This document shows, one piece after another, positions 14,948 to 15,134 of a stretch of DNA of 15,134 nt (position 1 is the stretch's first letter; every line of letters starts with the position of its first letter). Source of the DNA: an uncultured Janthinobacterium sp. (GTDB lineage Bacteria; Vulcanimicrobiota; Vulcanimicrobiia; Vulcanimicrobiales; Vulcanimicrobiaceae); NCBI GenBank assembly GCA_964658025.1, contig CAZZXB010000067.1, positions 1 through 15,134 of the forward strand, written 5' to 3'. Below the pieces are notes generated by a model. It saw only the letters and a program-made list of their open reading frames with translations. It made no database searches and had not been told where the DNA came from. A program made the position numbers and the translations under genes.

Positions 14948-15132
14948 TCGTCGCCTCGCGAAAAATCGGCCCTACGTCGCGCCGCGCGGAGGTACGCGTA
15001 GAGCGCCACGAGCGCCGCCGCGAGCAGCGCGTCGAGACCGAGGACGACGCTCGCGCCCGCGGTGACGTCGGAGGTTTGGCGACCGAAGAGATGTCGCGCG
15101 GCCGCCGATAACGTCGCGGCCGCCGTGCCGGT
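14944..15132 (-). CDS. 3' end of a membrane protein not shown in the ORF track; 5' end lies outside the window
   Basis: Open minus-strand frame ...AARHLFGRQTSDVTAGASVVLGLDALLAAALVALYAYLRAARRRADFSRGDE*. Its TGA (14946-14944) overlaps the next ATG (ATGA). It has a TM helix followed by a basic tail. Confidence 0.7.
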   Translation of the reverse strand, partial: TGTAAATLSAAARHLFGRQTSDVTAGASVVLGLDALLAAALVALYAYLRAARRRADFSRGDE

Positions 15133-15134
15133 CG

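Noticed and set aside
1..15134. CRISPR arrays, tRNA/rRNA, transposases, defence or toxin genes
   Set aside because: No regularly spaced repeats, cloverleaf motifs, or recognisable recombinase, transposase or nuclease motifs were seen.

Overview
High-GC, CpG-rich bacterial window encoding a cell-envelope glycan locus. Left arm, minus-strand operon (1072-5328): an LptD/OstA-like outer-membrane beta-barrel protein, a secreted non-catalytic CBM20-like protein and an O-antigen ligase (Wzy_C)-family protein. It converges on a 5'-truncated, probably GT-C-type membrane protein. A ~580 bp structured spacer follows, containing a possible small ORF. Next is a plus-strand operon: a priming polyprenyl-phosphate sugar phosphotransferase, MurJ/MviN and a Wzx-like flippase. 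Then a divergent unit for 2,3-diacetamido-sugar synthesis: a WbpI/WecB-like 2-epimerase (minus strand) and a DegT aminotransferase, Gfo/Idh/MocA 3-dehydrogenase and hexapeptide N-acetyltransferase (plus strand). No WbpA-type 6-dehydrogenase is present in the window. The right end holds three minus-strand genes: a general-stress-like protein, a membrane protein with a bactofilin-like beta-helix, and the 3' end of a membrane protein. No rRNA, tRNA, CRISPR array or mobile element was recognised. All product calls come from motif recognition by eye, not from database searches.
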